From positions 194,861 to 258,860 of the forward strand of contig WELA01000881.1 of assembly GCA_009602735.1 (NCBI GenBank): a stretch of 64,000 bases of DNA. The letters run 5' to 3'. Below the pieces are notes generated by a model, which worked only from the letters and a program-made list of their open reading frames with translations, was not told the origin of the DNA and searched no databases. Shown here one piece after another: positions 1-13,286 of the stretch. Position 1 is the stretch's first letter. Every line of letters begins with the position of its first letter. Made by a program: the position numbers and the translations under genes. This stretch comes from Mesotaenium endlicherianum. Lineage: Eukaryota.

Positions 1-309
1 CTGCAGCATGTCTTACTTGTCAGCTCCATAAACAACACTGATACATATATGTCAGAGAAACATGCATGGCACGTTGGGTATTGTCCCATCCCTGCACCCG
101 GTGGCGGGTGTTCAAACCCGCTTGCCGACGTCTGTACTAGACGAAGGTACAAATACTTTTCGCGACTTGTAGCTGCAAAGCGGGCAAAGAAAAGTCCAAA
201 ATCGCCTGAAAAAAATACCCTGCCATTTTGAACAGAGTAAACAGTCTGACACGACGTGGTTATTTTACACGTGCGACCGACATGAAGCGTCGACGCCGTA
301 GCTACTGGA

Positions 310-435
310 CGTCGACACCGTCCTGACGTTAGCGTACTAAGCGTATTAAGCGAACTAGTCCATTTTTTTGAACACTGATCTAAGCGAACTAGCGTATTAG
401 TCGAACTAAGCGTACAAGCGTACGGCGTAACCCTG
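310..435. repeat. Array of short TAAGCG(T/A)AC-like motifs with two possible DNA-transposon termini
   Basis: About 8 imperfect AGCGTAC/AAGCGAAC units between 328 and 425. Blocks end in ...TTGAACACTG (377) and ...TAACCCTG (435), which read CAGTGTT and CAGGGTT on the minus strand and resemble hAT/MITE ends. No partner terminus or TSD found. Confidence 0.35.
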
Positions 436-1551
436 GCACTCACGTTACTTAAGGTGAAAAAGTCGTTCCTTGAATTACTTGGGAAAGCCTACCAGTCTGA
501 CCTGACATTTGAGCCCAGCCAAAGTAATTAGTGTGTCCTGCTACTGCACTTGGTTATAGGCTGAAGGGAGGATCCTCGGTAAGTGAAACCACTTTGGAAA
601 GACAGAAGCTGGTGATTCCAAATAACTTGGAATTATTACAACCACTACCTATTTCAGCTGGAAGATGAAACACCAGATCAATGGACTAGGTGGTAACACT
701 ACCAAAAATTGCCAATGGGCATCGTTCAATATTGGAAGAAGTGGATAAATTGACAAAAATGGTCATTTCATCCCCACAATTGTCAAGATGACTGCACTCG
801 AAACTGCGTGACAATTCTATAACCATGTAATTTGACAACATGGATTACCCTCCAATATCATCTCACACAGAGGCTTAAAGTTTACCTCTTAGTTGTGGAG
901 AGCCTTAATGTGGTTGATGGGAGTCAAACTGTTGCTCAGTACAGCAAAATACCCTCAAACTGATGGGCAAACAGAAAGAACTAATCAAGTTGTGCAGGAG
1001 GTGTTGAGAGCTTATATTAATAGAACACAAGGTAATTTGGATGACCTCTTGCCTCAAATTCAATCTGCGATTAAAAGTGCAGTGTGTGCGTCAAGGGGAA
1101 AGACTCCTTTTGAACTCAGCTTAGGAAGAGTCCCTAAGTCTCCTCTGGATGTGCTCCGGGAAGTCGGTAGACCACCTTAAAAGTCAAAGTGACAGGCGGT
1201 CGTGTCTTCATTTTGGTTGGAGGGGAATGTGACAGTTAGGTGACAAGAATGTAACAGTTAAGTGTCAGCATAGTGACAGATGTGATAGCCAGGGCCACCT
1301 TAAGCTAACTTGGAGAGTGTCCACCACTTGGAAGGAGGGAGCGACTAGCACAGAAACAAATCACTCAACTTACCCTGCACACACATTCATTTGTTTATTC
1401 TCATCACGCTACAGCTCCATTGACTCCTACTACCGATCCTGTAAGGTAAGGGAACGACTCTAATGTCATCATTCAAACTTACTCGTCTTTCAACACCTAT
1501 TGTGACAATGGATGAGATTTTCCTAATTTGTGTCTTGGCTACATGTGCAAG

Positions 1552-3300
1552 ATGGCTCCTACCACGCAAAAGGAAGATAGGAAGCGCAAGGAAAAAGAAG
1601 CTAAAAGGACAATGGAGCGCTACCAGAACAAGCTGGCAGTGACGTCCCGCACCAAAAGAGAACAGGATAGGGTCCGCAAACAACAAGAGGCAGCAGAAGA
1701 GGCACAGAGAAAGAAGGCGCAGGAGGCTGAAAACCTCTGAAAAGCTGAGGAGGAGAGACAGAAGAAACAAGACTAGGATGCGGCGGCTGCAAAAGAGAAC
1801 AAGATAGGGTCCGCAAACAGCAAGAGGCAGCAGAAGAGGCACAGAGAAAGAAGACGCAGGAGGCTGAAAACCTCCGATAAGCTGAGGAGGAGAGACAGAA
1901 GAAACAACAACAGGATGCGGCGGCTGCGGAGGAAGAAAGGAAGAAGAAGGAGGAAGCTAAAAATTAGAAGAGCTTGGCCATTTACAAACATACTATGGTG
2001 GGTGGCCAAACCTTTGATAACATGAAGGAGGCAATACTGGCAGCCCAGGATATCAACCAGATTGCCAAGCAAACAGTGCTGCAAAAGGAGGGAGCTAAAG
2101 CTGTGGAATGGCATATTGAGACACACACTTGCGTTATCCTCTACGAAGATTTTGCCAACATGGTGGGGTATACAGCAGAACAGGCGCGGTTCTTTGCAAA
2201 TGACTGGGAAGATAAGCTAGTACCAGTACCTGGCATGGTGGGGGATCAGAGGCTCATCAGGATGGTGAGCATGCAACCCAATGATTTCAAAGATGTCGTA
2301 TTTTACCAGACGCTGCTGCCAGCCTACAATGAGGTTGGGAGAAGGAGCTGGGAGTAATTGGCCAAGGAAAGAGGGCAGCAGATGTTCTCTCCATACTGGT
2401 TCCCTTGTAAGCTGAAAAAGGCTGAACATGGGACACGATTCAACCAGCAACCCACGGATTGGAGGTGAATGATCGTCACTACCGGAAAGCTGCACTGTGA
2501 ATGGGCCCACCCAAATGACTCCCACCATGGGCTAGACGGCTACCTCATCCTGGCACAGCACTTTGCTCCATGGGACCCCAGCCTTAATGGATGCCTGAGT
2601 AACATGAATGCAGAAACCAAGGAGTACAAGAGAAAAGGACGGGACTACTTCTCTAAGGGGAAGCATGCTTTTGTCAAATGGGCAACAAATGCAGGCCGGA
2701 TAGATATCAGCAAGTTGAAGGCCAAACAAGCCCCAGCTCGTCCTAAGAAAGGGCGGTCAATGGAGAGCTCCATGTTCACCAGGGAGTAGGATGACTTGGT
2801 AGATGAGACCCCTCCCCTCTCAAAGGAGGAAGATGAGAAAGATGAGGAAGCGAAACAGGGCAGGGGGGGAGGCATCAACCTCTGGAGCTCTGGAGACACA
2901 GGGACAGGCAGAGGCAGGGACTCCTAGAGGGCCAAGAGCAAGAGGATGGACTGTGACTCCTACTGTGGCGGCAACAATACCTCGAGAGGCATGAATCCCA
3001 GAGAACAAACTTCTCAAAAAGGGAACGCGCGATGTGGCTAAAGGTATGCTGGCCGCCCCCTCCAGTCAGGGACAGGTGCTCCTTAGCAATGTATTTTAAC
3101 ATTATACTGATTTGCCTGTCTATAGGAATATACACCCAGGTGGTTGAAGAGGAGGCCGCAATTCTCCGTTCCCCTCGTGGTCCTACTTTAAAGCAGACAA
3201 GGTTCTTTTGGAGGCCAGCTAACAAAACTAGAGGGCTGTCCAGCTCTAGGTTCAGATCTCAGTCCCCTCGATCAAGGAGCCCCAAGAACATCTCCCTAGA
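1552..3300 (+). pseudogene. Disrupted ORF3 of family A
   Basis: Pieces MAPTTQKEDRKRK..., GDQRLIRMVSM..., HGLDGYLIL..., KGKHAFVKWA... and TQVVEEEAAILRSPRGPTL are collinear with 51623-53299. Contains stops, frameshifts and a 137-bp tandem duplication (units start at 1654 and 1791). Confidence 0.9.
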
Positions 3301-3532
3301 TCTCGAAACCATCCCCCAGTCAAACCTTGCTGGGGGTCTCTTTCTTTGTACTCCACAATGGTAGTGGACTGAGAATGGAGGTGACAGTATATTGTCATTA
3401 GTGATCTCCATAGCTAGGCAACAGTGTTGAAGCAAGAGGCAAGAGGTAGGGAGATTAGCTCTGTCAATTTTCTTAATATATAGCTCGATAGATTAGTGTT
3501 GTCGAGGCGATAATAATTCAAATTGGAGGCAT

Positions 3533-4171
3533 TGTAATGAATGAGTATATTGGTATACATAATATTTATTTAAATGTAATACTTAATCAAGTTCAGCCAG
3601 CTAAACTATGGTCAATATCAAGTCATTGACAACTAGTTGACTTCCATACTTGGTAGCAGCGAACTGCCTAGTCATGCCATTAAGTGTGATATGCTAGATG
3701 AATGGCCAGATGACATTCTTAGGATAGGTGGCGATTTGGGAGACGGGAGATGGGAGATGGTTGTGGATTTGGTTAGCCGAGGTCCTACCAACGTGGTTAA
3801 CTCCCGGGTAGGCGGTGCAATTGCACTCGCCGTTGATTGTAAACTCACTCCATGTACATAGGCTAGGTATTGTTTTTGAGTTCGGCATTGGGAAACAAGG
3901 CCAACTCTCTTGTACCGCTTACTGAGAGACATTTGAATCCAAGGCAAGAACTCATTGATGCAAAGTGAGTTCTAATCCTTGCTTATGTATGAGTTTACTG
4001 ATTGCACAATTGATGCTCGTTCACTTGCATTTGCTTTATGAGTATTGTGTATCGTTCGTGTGTTGTCTTTTGCCGTTAAATTAGTTAACTGAAAATACCA
4101 CAAAGATCACTTGTTAATATAAAAATCTTTCATTAATTGTTAATCGCCTGTTGGTAAGACGATTCATTTCA
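3533..4171 (+). repeat. 3' LTR of decayed family-A copy
   Basis: Starts TGTAATGAAT after a PPT-like AATTGGAGGCAT and ends GATTCATTTCA, like the intact LTRs. Confidence 0.9.
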
Positions 4172-4485
4172 TTGCACCAATATAAATCAGTGCAAGACAC
4201 TTTTGCATTTTCCGTAAGCGAAACAAGTGTTCGTAACACTGAACAAGGTTCGGGTCATATGGCTAGAAGTGTAAGAACATGCAAGCATGGATACACTCCA
4301 GGTCCAAGAAGTCGGAAAAGCTCAAGTTTTGCATATATATATATATATTGTTTCTAAAATATATCTATATTGGGTATGCCAAAGAGAACAAGAATCTTTG
4401 GTGCTGCAAACAAGTACCAAGAATCTTTGCGCACTTAGTCGTGTTGTTAGTAGCTAACTATCAGCTATTTCTACGGGTATGGGCA

Positions 4486-6276
4486 TCAAATATAATTCAC
4501 ACCTGCATTAACGCAAGGACCGCAATTACGTTCACGAGACCAATCGCAATACAAATTTCTCTCAAATAAATGCTCAGAGAGGCTAACACGGTGATTCACC
4601 CAAACGTGGTTGACATAGCCGCGAGAAGAGACGTATTTATGGACGGGCATAGGGGGGCCAATAAAGCCCGACGAATAATGTATATCATAAACATCCTCAT
4701 AGTCCTCCAACGCCGGTTGGTATATCAATCCCAACCAATGCCCATGATCATTCCAATTATGATGATTATGCCCATTGTCAGGAAAAGGCAAAGAATTAAT
4801 TGCATCCGATCGCTCACGCCTGACGCGAGGCGACGGTGTATGGTCACGTGGCATGGGTGTGGGTGAACAAGGCCGGGCAGGAACAGGTAGGTCATTTAAA
4901 GGGCCAGTAGAAGATGGTGTGGGAGATGGGGGCATCTCCAAAGACAAAATTGATGCCCGGAGATCCACGCGCGACGCCTTACGAGAGTTGCGAGGAGCCA
5001 TCGGCGCGTAAGGCGGTAGCGAACCAACACGTGGTGACGGAAATGATGTCGAAGAGCAAGTTCGGCAAGGTGAATCGTCATCCAAGTAGATGACATCAAT
5101 CCAACGACTGCGAGCCGTAGGAAGTCTAAGGCAAATCTGTGAGAAATTAGAACATCTGTTAGATTGTGTCGCACAATCTAAGTGAGACTTCATTCAGAGA
5201 TTTTCAACAACTAATAAGAAAAAAAATCCTTGGAGAAACCGAGATCATCTTCGATACCAACGTAACATCTTTGCAAAACGTTTGAATTATGATAATCTTT
5301 TCCTCGGTGTTCAAAAAAATATTTGATGACAGTGGAAAGAAAAAATGTACAACTTGTACTCTTTGCTAAGTCCTCAAGAGCGAGAAAGAGCGAGAGGACG
5401 TACCTATAGAAGTAGTCCTTGTGAGAGTTGAACTGACAATGACTCTTGCACGTATTTATACCTGTTCAACGGGAGGCACTTGAGTGCTTCAAGGCACCAC
5501 CTAAAGCACCACTCATGGCAACAAAAATTGTCAAATGGATGTGACCCATTTGATAGAATGCCCGAAATCATACTGTGTGGCAATTTCGAGACTTTCGACG
5601 AATCGAGACGAATCGTAACGAATCATTTTGCGCCAAATCGGCGTAGTCGCATCCTTTGAATAGACGTCATTGTTCGTAGTCACATCTAAGTTTCTTTCAT
5701 AGTAGACGTGCCTGATTGCGGTCATGTCTTGAATATTTTTTGACAGACGTAATTGATTGTGGTGCGCACATGCCTTTGTCATGACTGAGTAGTTGTAATA
5801 ACTACTTTTCCAATCGGTTAGGTGTGATCATCTCAAACAAAGGGTTGCGGGTTCAAATTTGCACGGATGCAAATTAACTTTGTATAATCGTATCGTTTGA
5901 GTTCTACGACTTCGTTCGCATTAACGACATGTCGTTAATCCAAAATCAATGACTATTCATTATCTGAAATAACGACGATCAATCATAATCTAAACCAATT
6001 CGTACTTGAGCAGGTTATTATCCCATAATTATTCAAATTAACTTTATGAATAATATGTCGCACTATTGCGAAGTAATTGAATTACTTCACGACGCTTTTT
6101 GCAATATCACCTTGGTCGTTTCGCTAGTCGACCAGGGATTCGTCGGCACACACGTGTGGCGAATAGTTCATCAAGATGCACTCATGTATCAAATATTATA
6201 TTGATAAATTGCGTAATGTATTTTAAGTATTTGAGAAGACGTCCCAAGTACGCCTAAAATAGCTCAAATTGTTACA
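4486..6276 (-). mobile_element. 5' part of another LTR element: ~1-kb 5' LTR (6276-5261), PBS, Pro/Ser-rich ORF
   Basis: Minus strand reads TGTAACAATTT (6276) ... TGTTACG (5261), then T and TGGTATCGAAG (5259-5249, iMet-like PBS), followed by the 235-aa ORF at 5193-4486. The outer ~240 bp of the LTR recurs at 15240-15471. Confidence 0.55.
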
Positions 6277-7597
6277 CCCTAGTATTCAATGGGTGGACAG
6301 ACACATCAGGGCATGCCCTCTTGAATGTCCTCAGAGTGTCTTGTGGTGTTGGGTAGTTCATGGACTCCATGAATACTGATGGGTCCAAGAAGACGAGTGA
6401 CTACATTGCTAAGATCATTATTGAAGCCGTGAAGAAAGTGGGTCCTAAAAATGTCGTGCAAGTGTGCACAGAATCAGCTGCCAAGTGTGTTAGGGCGGGT
6501 GCGTTGATACAAGAGGAGTGTCCTCACATGTTTAGAACTCTTTGTGAAGCTCGATGCCTATATTTTCTTCTCACAGACTGAAGAGAAATTTTGGAGTTAG
6601 AACAATCTGTACATAGCTTTAAAGTCCTAGTCCATTTTGTGATTAATCACCACCTGCTTCACGCTATCTACCGTTAGCATGCAAAGAGACTCACTAATAT
6701 GCTAGAGCTATTTAAAATTGCAGGCTTCTATATTCACATTTGCGGCTGCTAACCTACCCTGAACTAATCGACAGTCCTGGTCATCAAGCGCCCTACACAT
6801 CGACACTCTCAGCCAACACTAGCTGGACTCGACCGACCACAAACTTCAGTCAACCTCCACACATGTGAACGCACATGCTAAGCAATTAGAGCTAGGACTA
6901 CTTATTTTCTACAATTTTTTTATTGATGTTTATGTATGTTGTGCTCTTGAGCAGGCCACTACCTAACTCCAGAATTCAAGACCATGGTTTTTGGGCCACC
7001 GACGATTGCCTCTTGAAGGACCATTGGTTAGTGTCTTAGAAGTTTATTATAGGGAAGACTTTGCAAAGAGCTCAAATTGACAAGGAGCTTAGCCTCTATT
7101 GCTCTAAGGGTGATACATTTGCTGATAATGAAATATTATGAAGTAAAATTAGTATGCCTGCACATGTTTGGTGCAAAACGTATGGGAGTGTTTGTCTAAA
7201 CAAGCAGCTTCGTGCACTGAAAATCCTGTTTCAACCTGCATCAACTTTTACTAGTGACCGCAAATGGTCAGAGTATGAATTTATTCATCGCTCGATTCGC
7301 AACAGGTTGCCTACAAGTAGGGCAAAGAAGCTTGTGTATGTGCATTCTATGTTGAGGTTGGAAGGGAAAAGTGTCAAATATTTAGGTGTAGCAACTGTAA
7401 CAAAAATACCATGGGTTGTTGAAGCGGAGCTTGAAGCATCTCAAGAGATTGCAGAAGAGGACCTCAAAGACCATGCGAAAAATATTGTCTTTGAGCAAGA
7501 GAATGAGGATGAAGAAGAGGAAGAGGAAGACGAGGTAAAAGACGAAGGTGGGGTGGAGAAAAAGGAGAGCGTTGTAGATTCAAGGACGACAAGATGA
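6277..7597 (+). pseudogene. hAT-family transposase relic (DUF659 region and C-terminal dimerisation domain)
   Basis: FNGWTD..., KKTSDYIAKIIIEAVKKVGPKNVVQVCTESAA..., CPHMFRTLCEARCL; C-terminal ALKILFQPAST...DRKWSEYEFIH...RNRL...AKKLVYVHSMLRL plus acidic tail. Stops present. Confidence 0.85.
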
Positions 7598-7920
7598 TGT
7601 TGATAATATGCAATCCCTTTCTCATTCGTTCGTAATCATTCGAATTAACCAATCTTAACGTGAATCTTAACCAAATTGAATGGCAAATTTGAGAGAAGCA
7701 AGAGTCTCATACCCCAAAATAAAGCCACCATAGTGAGTAAGCCCAGATGAGAGAGTAAATAAAAAGCTACAAAATCTTTATGTTGAAGAGTACGGAGCAA
7801 GTTGCTAAGCTTCAATGCAAGATAGCTGAGAGATTTCTGGAGCATAAAGGCGAAGTACAAGAGCTGTAGCAAGAAAATGCAGCTTTAAAATGACAAGTGC
7901 AGTACCTTAAAGCTTAAAGG

Positions 7921-8740
7921 GTAAAGCCAGCATCACAGCCAACACCTCCACGTCATAGACAAGGAGGACTCTGTTCAAAACCAGCAGTCAGGTCTGCAAA
8001 CGATGTCAAGGAGTTTGTCGATGGTAGATTCAAGTCGAACAAGCATATAGCTATGGCACTGGCAAGATATCTTAACAAGAAAGAGAATCAAAGTCTGCTA
8101 AGTCTAGTCACAGCAAATGTTAGCCTCAAGCACACTATTCAAGAGGCAACTGTAAATAAGATACAAAAGCATTCGAATGCTGAGGTGGGCTTAGCAGTCA
8201 TGTACAGGCTTGGGCTGTCCCAAGAAAGGTACCAGCTCCTCTTGAACCTCCTCTCTGAGAGCTACTGTTGTAAGTTTGGGTTGTGAGATCCCAAGCTCTT
8301 ATCAGATGACGAGAGCCTACGCCTTCCTAAACTAGCATTCAAGAGAAGCGTGGCAGATTTGAAAAGTGATGTGTATGAGAAGCTGAAGCCTCTTCAAGAT
8401 GCGGATGGAAACTGTGTGACGATGATCTTGGAGGAGACAATAAGAAACAGGATCAGGCAGCTAGGATCATTATGTCCACGAGGTCGCGTAGTGAGAATAC
8501 AAATTATAAAAGATGCTAGCCAGTGACATAGAAAAGTGAACCAGACTACTGTAGCATGCAAGCTGGTCACGAAGGACAACAGAGCTATGGCTAATTTAGC
8601 AATTAACAATTGCACTGTTCTAGTTTTTAAAGTCAACAAAGACTACATCACCATTGCCATGCATGCAAAACGACTATTAGACTATTATTCACTTTCAATT
8701 GGATTGTCATGAACAGGGTCATGTATACCCCTATGAAGTT
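7921..8740 (+). pseudogene. Putative DDE transposase relic, RAG1/Transib-like by motif order
   Basis: One frame runs ~260 codons with two TGA stops (8284, 8524): GLAVMYRLGLSQERYQLL ... VRIQIIKDAS ... ANLAINNCTVLVFKVNKDYITIAMHAKRLLD. Assignment by eye only. Confidence 0.4.
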
Positions 8741-11700
8741 TCAAAGCCATTACATGACTTTTGCGCTCTGGAGGTGGCCTACCATGACTTCTAAAATGGC
8801 ATCTAGGATGGTACTTTTGCGCTTAATCGACATATTTTAGGTGTCACTAAGAAGTTGCATGAATGAACCAATACCAATCCAAACAGAGTTGATTCATTGG
8901 ACCATAATGCAGCATATGAACCAAACCCCTTGCAATTCCAACAAAATTGGCGCACTTTGCGGAGGGAGCATCTTCAAGTGTGCAAAAGTGGGCACGTGTC
9001 AAAGTTTAAACGGCCAAAATTTACAATTCCTTTACAATAATTAAGTCCATTAAACTTTGTGTTAGTGTTGCCTGAAAGCATACCCAGTTTCAGGTCATTT
9101 GAAGCGATATTGAGCATGGAGTGGTGAGCACAATGACCCTTGTGAAGAGCACCAAGACACAAAAATTATCCACTGTACACAAATTTGTCAATTTCATTGA
9201 ATTTGCAACTGCTGTGAGAATAATACATATTTCAATGTCAAATTTTGCCACAATCTAAAAAACACATTTCTCTTACCATTGAAAAGAAAATAGAGTGGTT
9301 CCGCTTACACCGTCGTGTTTTACGCTGAATAGTACCTAAGTGTCCAAAAAAGGGCATTTGGGGGTGCATGTGCATCAAGTTTCTCGCTGATGTTGAGCAG
9401 TGGCTGGAGATCTACCCGTAACTGTAGACATACGAGAAGGTCAAGCACATTGGTGCTCTACTGAAAGGCAGTTCTACAGACTGGGTGCTGTATTGGGAAG
9501 GAGAGCGTAAGGCTCAACAACTTGGTGACCTTACTTGGGTAGAGGTTGAGAGGAGCAAGTGACGGGCAGACTAACTTGGCACCCACCAGTGCTCTTTTTC
9601 TTGTCCTGTATGGATGGCAAATGAAGGAAAAGAAGAGGCTTTCAGGAGGATGCAATTGGCTAAATGCAATGGGGTTCATTGAAAGCTGGAACCAGAAGGA
9701 AGACAGAATGTTCTGTCTGCTGCTAAAAGAGGTACTTTCTTAACCTGAAGAATTGGTTAAGAAGAAGGTGAGCCCTCCGGAGCACCCTAATCCTGCAAAA
9801 ATTAATATGCCTGCAGGATTGCCCCCTACAAGAGAAGTAGATCTTAGCATTGATTTATTACCTATGAGTCAGCCATCTTAGCAACGCACCTATGGCTTGT
9901 CTTATGTGGAGAGCAAAGAGTTAAGAACACATATTCTCGAGCTGGAGAAAAATAGTTATATTTCCTCATGTAAATCACCTTGTGGTGCACCCATCCTCTT
10001 TGTTGAGAAGTAAACTAGTAGTATGCAAATGTGTATGGGTTACGGAGCTCTTAGCGGAATTACAGTATAGAACAAGTATGCTTTACCTAGAATCAAGGAC
10101 TTGCTTTATACCCTGTGTGGTGCTAAAGTGTTCAGTAAGATAGATATCAAGAGTGGTTATTATCAAATCAAAATTGCTGGGGGAGATCAATACAAGACTG
10201 CCATCCGCACACGTTATGGACACTGTGAATTTAATGTAATGCCATTTGGACTGACTTATGCTCGAGCAACTTCCATGGGTGCTATTAATGACATTTTCAG
10301 GCCTTACTTAGATAAGTTTGTGCAAGTCTTCTTGGATGATATCTTCTCTAAACAAGAAGCTGAGCATGCTGAGGACTTAGAGACAGTCATGGACACTCTA
10401 AGAAAGAATCAGATTATGCCAAAATGAGCAAGTGTGATTTTTTCAAGGAAGGTGTTGAATTTTTTAGCCACGTTGTCGGTAAAGATGGCATCAGTATGGA
10501 TCAGAAGAAAGTCTAGACCATAAGGGACTGGCCAGTACCACAATCTGTCTCGGAAGGTAGATCCTTCCTTGGGTTGGTTAACTACTACAGGAGATTCATC
10601 AAGAATTATTGTACAAAGGCCAGTACACTGACGGACCATACTAAGAAGACATAGGGTGTGTGTGGGGGGAACACCAGCAAGCTGCCTTTCGTTAGAAATG
10701 CTCTTTGTTTTGCCCTAGTTTCTGAAGTGCATGACCCCAGCAAACTTGTGCAGGTGGTTATTGATGCTTTTGACTTTGTCGTGGGTGCTATTTTGTTGCA
10801 GCCTGTTGGCAAAACCACAAAGGATGGCAAGGTAAAGCAACTTTGGCACCCTGTGCTATATGAGTCTATGAAATTCAACCCAGCAGGACTATACTGTGCA
10901 TGATAAAGAGCTCCTTGCTATCATTCTTGTGCTCAAACAGTGGAAAGCATACTTACATGGTAAAGCTTTCAAGGTAATTACAGATCATCTAGCTCTGACT
11001 AACTTTTAGAAGAAGTGCAAGCTGTCGAGGAGGGAACCGCTGGAGCCAGATGCTGGAGCAGTTCCACGTCCACATTGACTACAAATCAGGGAAGTTAAAA
11101 TCTGCCGATTAACTCTCTAGGAGTCCTGACTTGCAAGAACGGATCATTAGTTAACATGCTGTAGATAAAGTTTTTTGTGCACTCACTTAAGGTGAAGAAG
11201 TCCTTCCTCAAACAAATTAGGAAAGCCTTCCTCTCTGACCCAACATTTGAGCCCGGCCTCACTGATGGTGTGTGTCCTGCTACCGTACTTGGGTATAGGC
11301 TGAAGGGCGGGGTCTGGATAACTGACACCACTTCAGGCAGGTTGAAGCTGGTCATTCCTAATAACTTGGAAGTAAGGCTTCTCTTACTGAGTCTAGCACA
11401 CGACAGTTTACTGGGAGGACATTTGGAACATGCCAAAACTGTGAGCAAACTGGCAAAACATTTTCATTGGGATGGGTTGCCTCGGGAGGTCTTGGAATAT
11501 GTTAAGTCCTGTGATCAGTGTCGAAAAATTAAGTCTAGGCACACACCACCTGGGGGGCTATTACAACCACTGCTCGACGCTGGGAAACAATATCCATGGA
11601 CTGGGTGGTAACACTACCAAGAATTGCCAATGGACATAATTCTATACTGGTACTGGTGGATAAATTGACAAAATGGTCATTTTCATGACCACAACTGTCG

Positions 11701-12531
11701 AAGTAACTGCACTCGAAACTGTGAGACAGTTCTACAACCATATAGTATGCCATGGGCTACCCTCTAATATCATCTCAGACAGAGACTTAAAATTTACCTC
11801 TAAGTTTTGGAGAGCTTTGATGGGGTTAATAAGAGTCAAACGGCTCCTCAGCATAGCCAACCACCCTCAGACTGGTCACTAATGGGCAGACTGAAAGAAA
11901 TAATGGAGTTCTGCAAGAGGTGCTGAGAGCATATACAAGACCAAAAACAAGATAATTGGGATGACCTGTTGCCTCAAATTCAACATGCGGTCAGCAGTGT
12001 GGTGCATGCGTCAACGAGAAAGATTCCTTTTGAACTCAATCTCGATAGAGTCCCTACGTCTCCTGCAGATGTGCTAGGGGAGTCCTTAACTGATCCTGAG
12101 GGGATTGACAATCCGGTGTCTCTCCAGTTAAATTCAAGAGTTTGCTGACACCCTGTCAGAAGTCCAACACAATTTGCACAAAGCCCAGGAGAATCAACAA
12201 AAATACGCTAATCAACACCGTCGGGAGGTGACATTTTCAAAGCGAGATTTAGTCAAACTGCATTCTCAACACCTGTACCTGCCTGGTGTGGTCAAGGATG
12301 GGCTAGGTCCGAGTAAGTTTGGTCTATATTCGGTGGTGCGCCGTGGCGGTCATATAGCTTACAAACCTAACACGTCAGCGGAATACAAGGGTCACTCAAT
12401 CTTTAATGTCTCTTTCCTGGAACCATGTATCAAAGGGGACACAGTGTTCACCTTTGATTACCTGTCCAACCGGGACCGGTCCCCGTTGTCCGAGAAGGTA
12501 AACTTGAGGAACATGGAAAGCGCCGGAGAGG

Positions 12532-13286
12532 TGAAAGGGGAAATGTGCCCTAGTGCAAGCGTAGTATCTCACGAGGAAAGGAACTAGTTGCAATCATACT
12601 AGAGAGTGCAGCGGCATATCACTAACAAAGCTTAGGAAAGATACTCAACACTTTGAGTAGCAAGAAATTGATCACAAATGAACTAGGATAAAAGGCCTTG
12701 TCATTACAAACCCACAGAAATTTACAAAAGTGAAAACTGATAAAAGATGAAGTAGTTATGCCTATTTATAGTTTTCTAAGACGGCCGCTCGCCCCTAGGC
12801 GGGAGGGCCGCTTAGCAACGGATTTTTTTAAGTGTTTGTCAAATCGTCCCTTCCAGAATATTTGTGAGAAAGCCAGATCAGTCTCATCTAACGTGTCAGG
12901 TCAATTTGACGTCCACATGCATGCATTGAAATATCTAGAATATGCTAACTTAGACGCGCTAGGCTAATTCGAAACTTCTAGGTAAATCGACCTAGTCGGC
13001 ACTCCGCGTCAGCCAAAATTACGGGAAGGTTCGAGTTCACACTAACGGGCCAGATCGCTCGACGCTGTCGGTCAATCCGACGGTCGCGCTCACCGCGGAT
13101 TAAGGACAGTCGTCAACCGACCTCAAAATCAATTAAACTTCGGAAATCCATTACTCTCTCAATACTTGACCAAATTTGATGAACTTTATATCAAAATAAT
13201 CACAAAAATGCATTCCACACTACTATACAATCAAAACATACTTTCATGAAACTCAAAAATGCACTTTATAAACTTATGACCTTACA
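12532..13286 (-). mobile_element. Solo LTR, family C, 5-bp TSD AGAGG
   Basis: TGAAAGGGG...ATGACCTTACA flanked by AGAGG (12527-12531 and 13287-13291). Homologous to 23751-24447, 25673-26416 and 28153-28830. Confidence 0.92.

Larger units (their letters stand above)
436..4171 (+). mobile_element. Decayed, 5'-truncated family-A chromovirus: integrase fragment, internal PPT-like site, ORF3 relic, PPT, 3' LTR
   Basis: Integrase peptides (KVKKSFLE..., [13 protein letters not shown]..., [20 protein letters not shown]) match pol of the intact copies, with stops and deletions. Also an ORF3 homolog and an LTR similar to 45313-46057. Confidence 0.9.

Noticed and set aside
310..435. Short repeat array as a CRISPR or telomeric repeat
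   Set aside because: There are no unique spacers of constant length, the units are irregular and not TTTAGGG-like, and the context is eukaryotic TE sequence.
1654..1930. Tandem duplication as an adaptive coiled-coil extension of ORF3
   Set aside because: The period is 137 bp (frameshifting) and the first unit contains stops, so it is more likely post-insertion decay.
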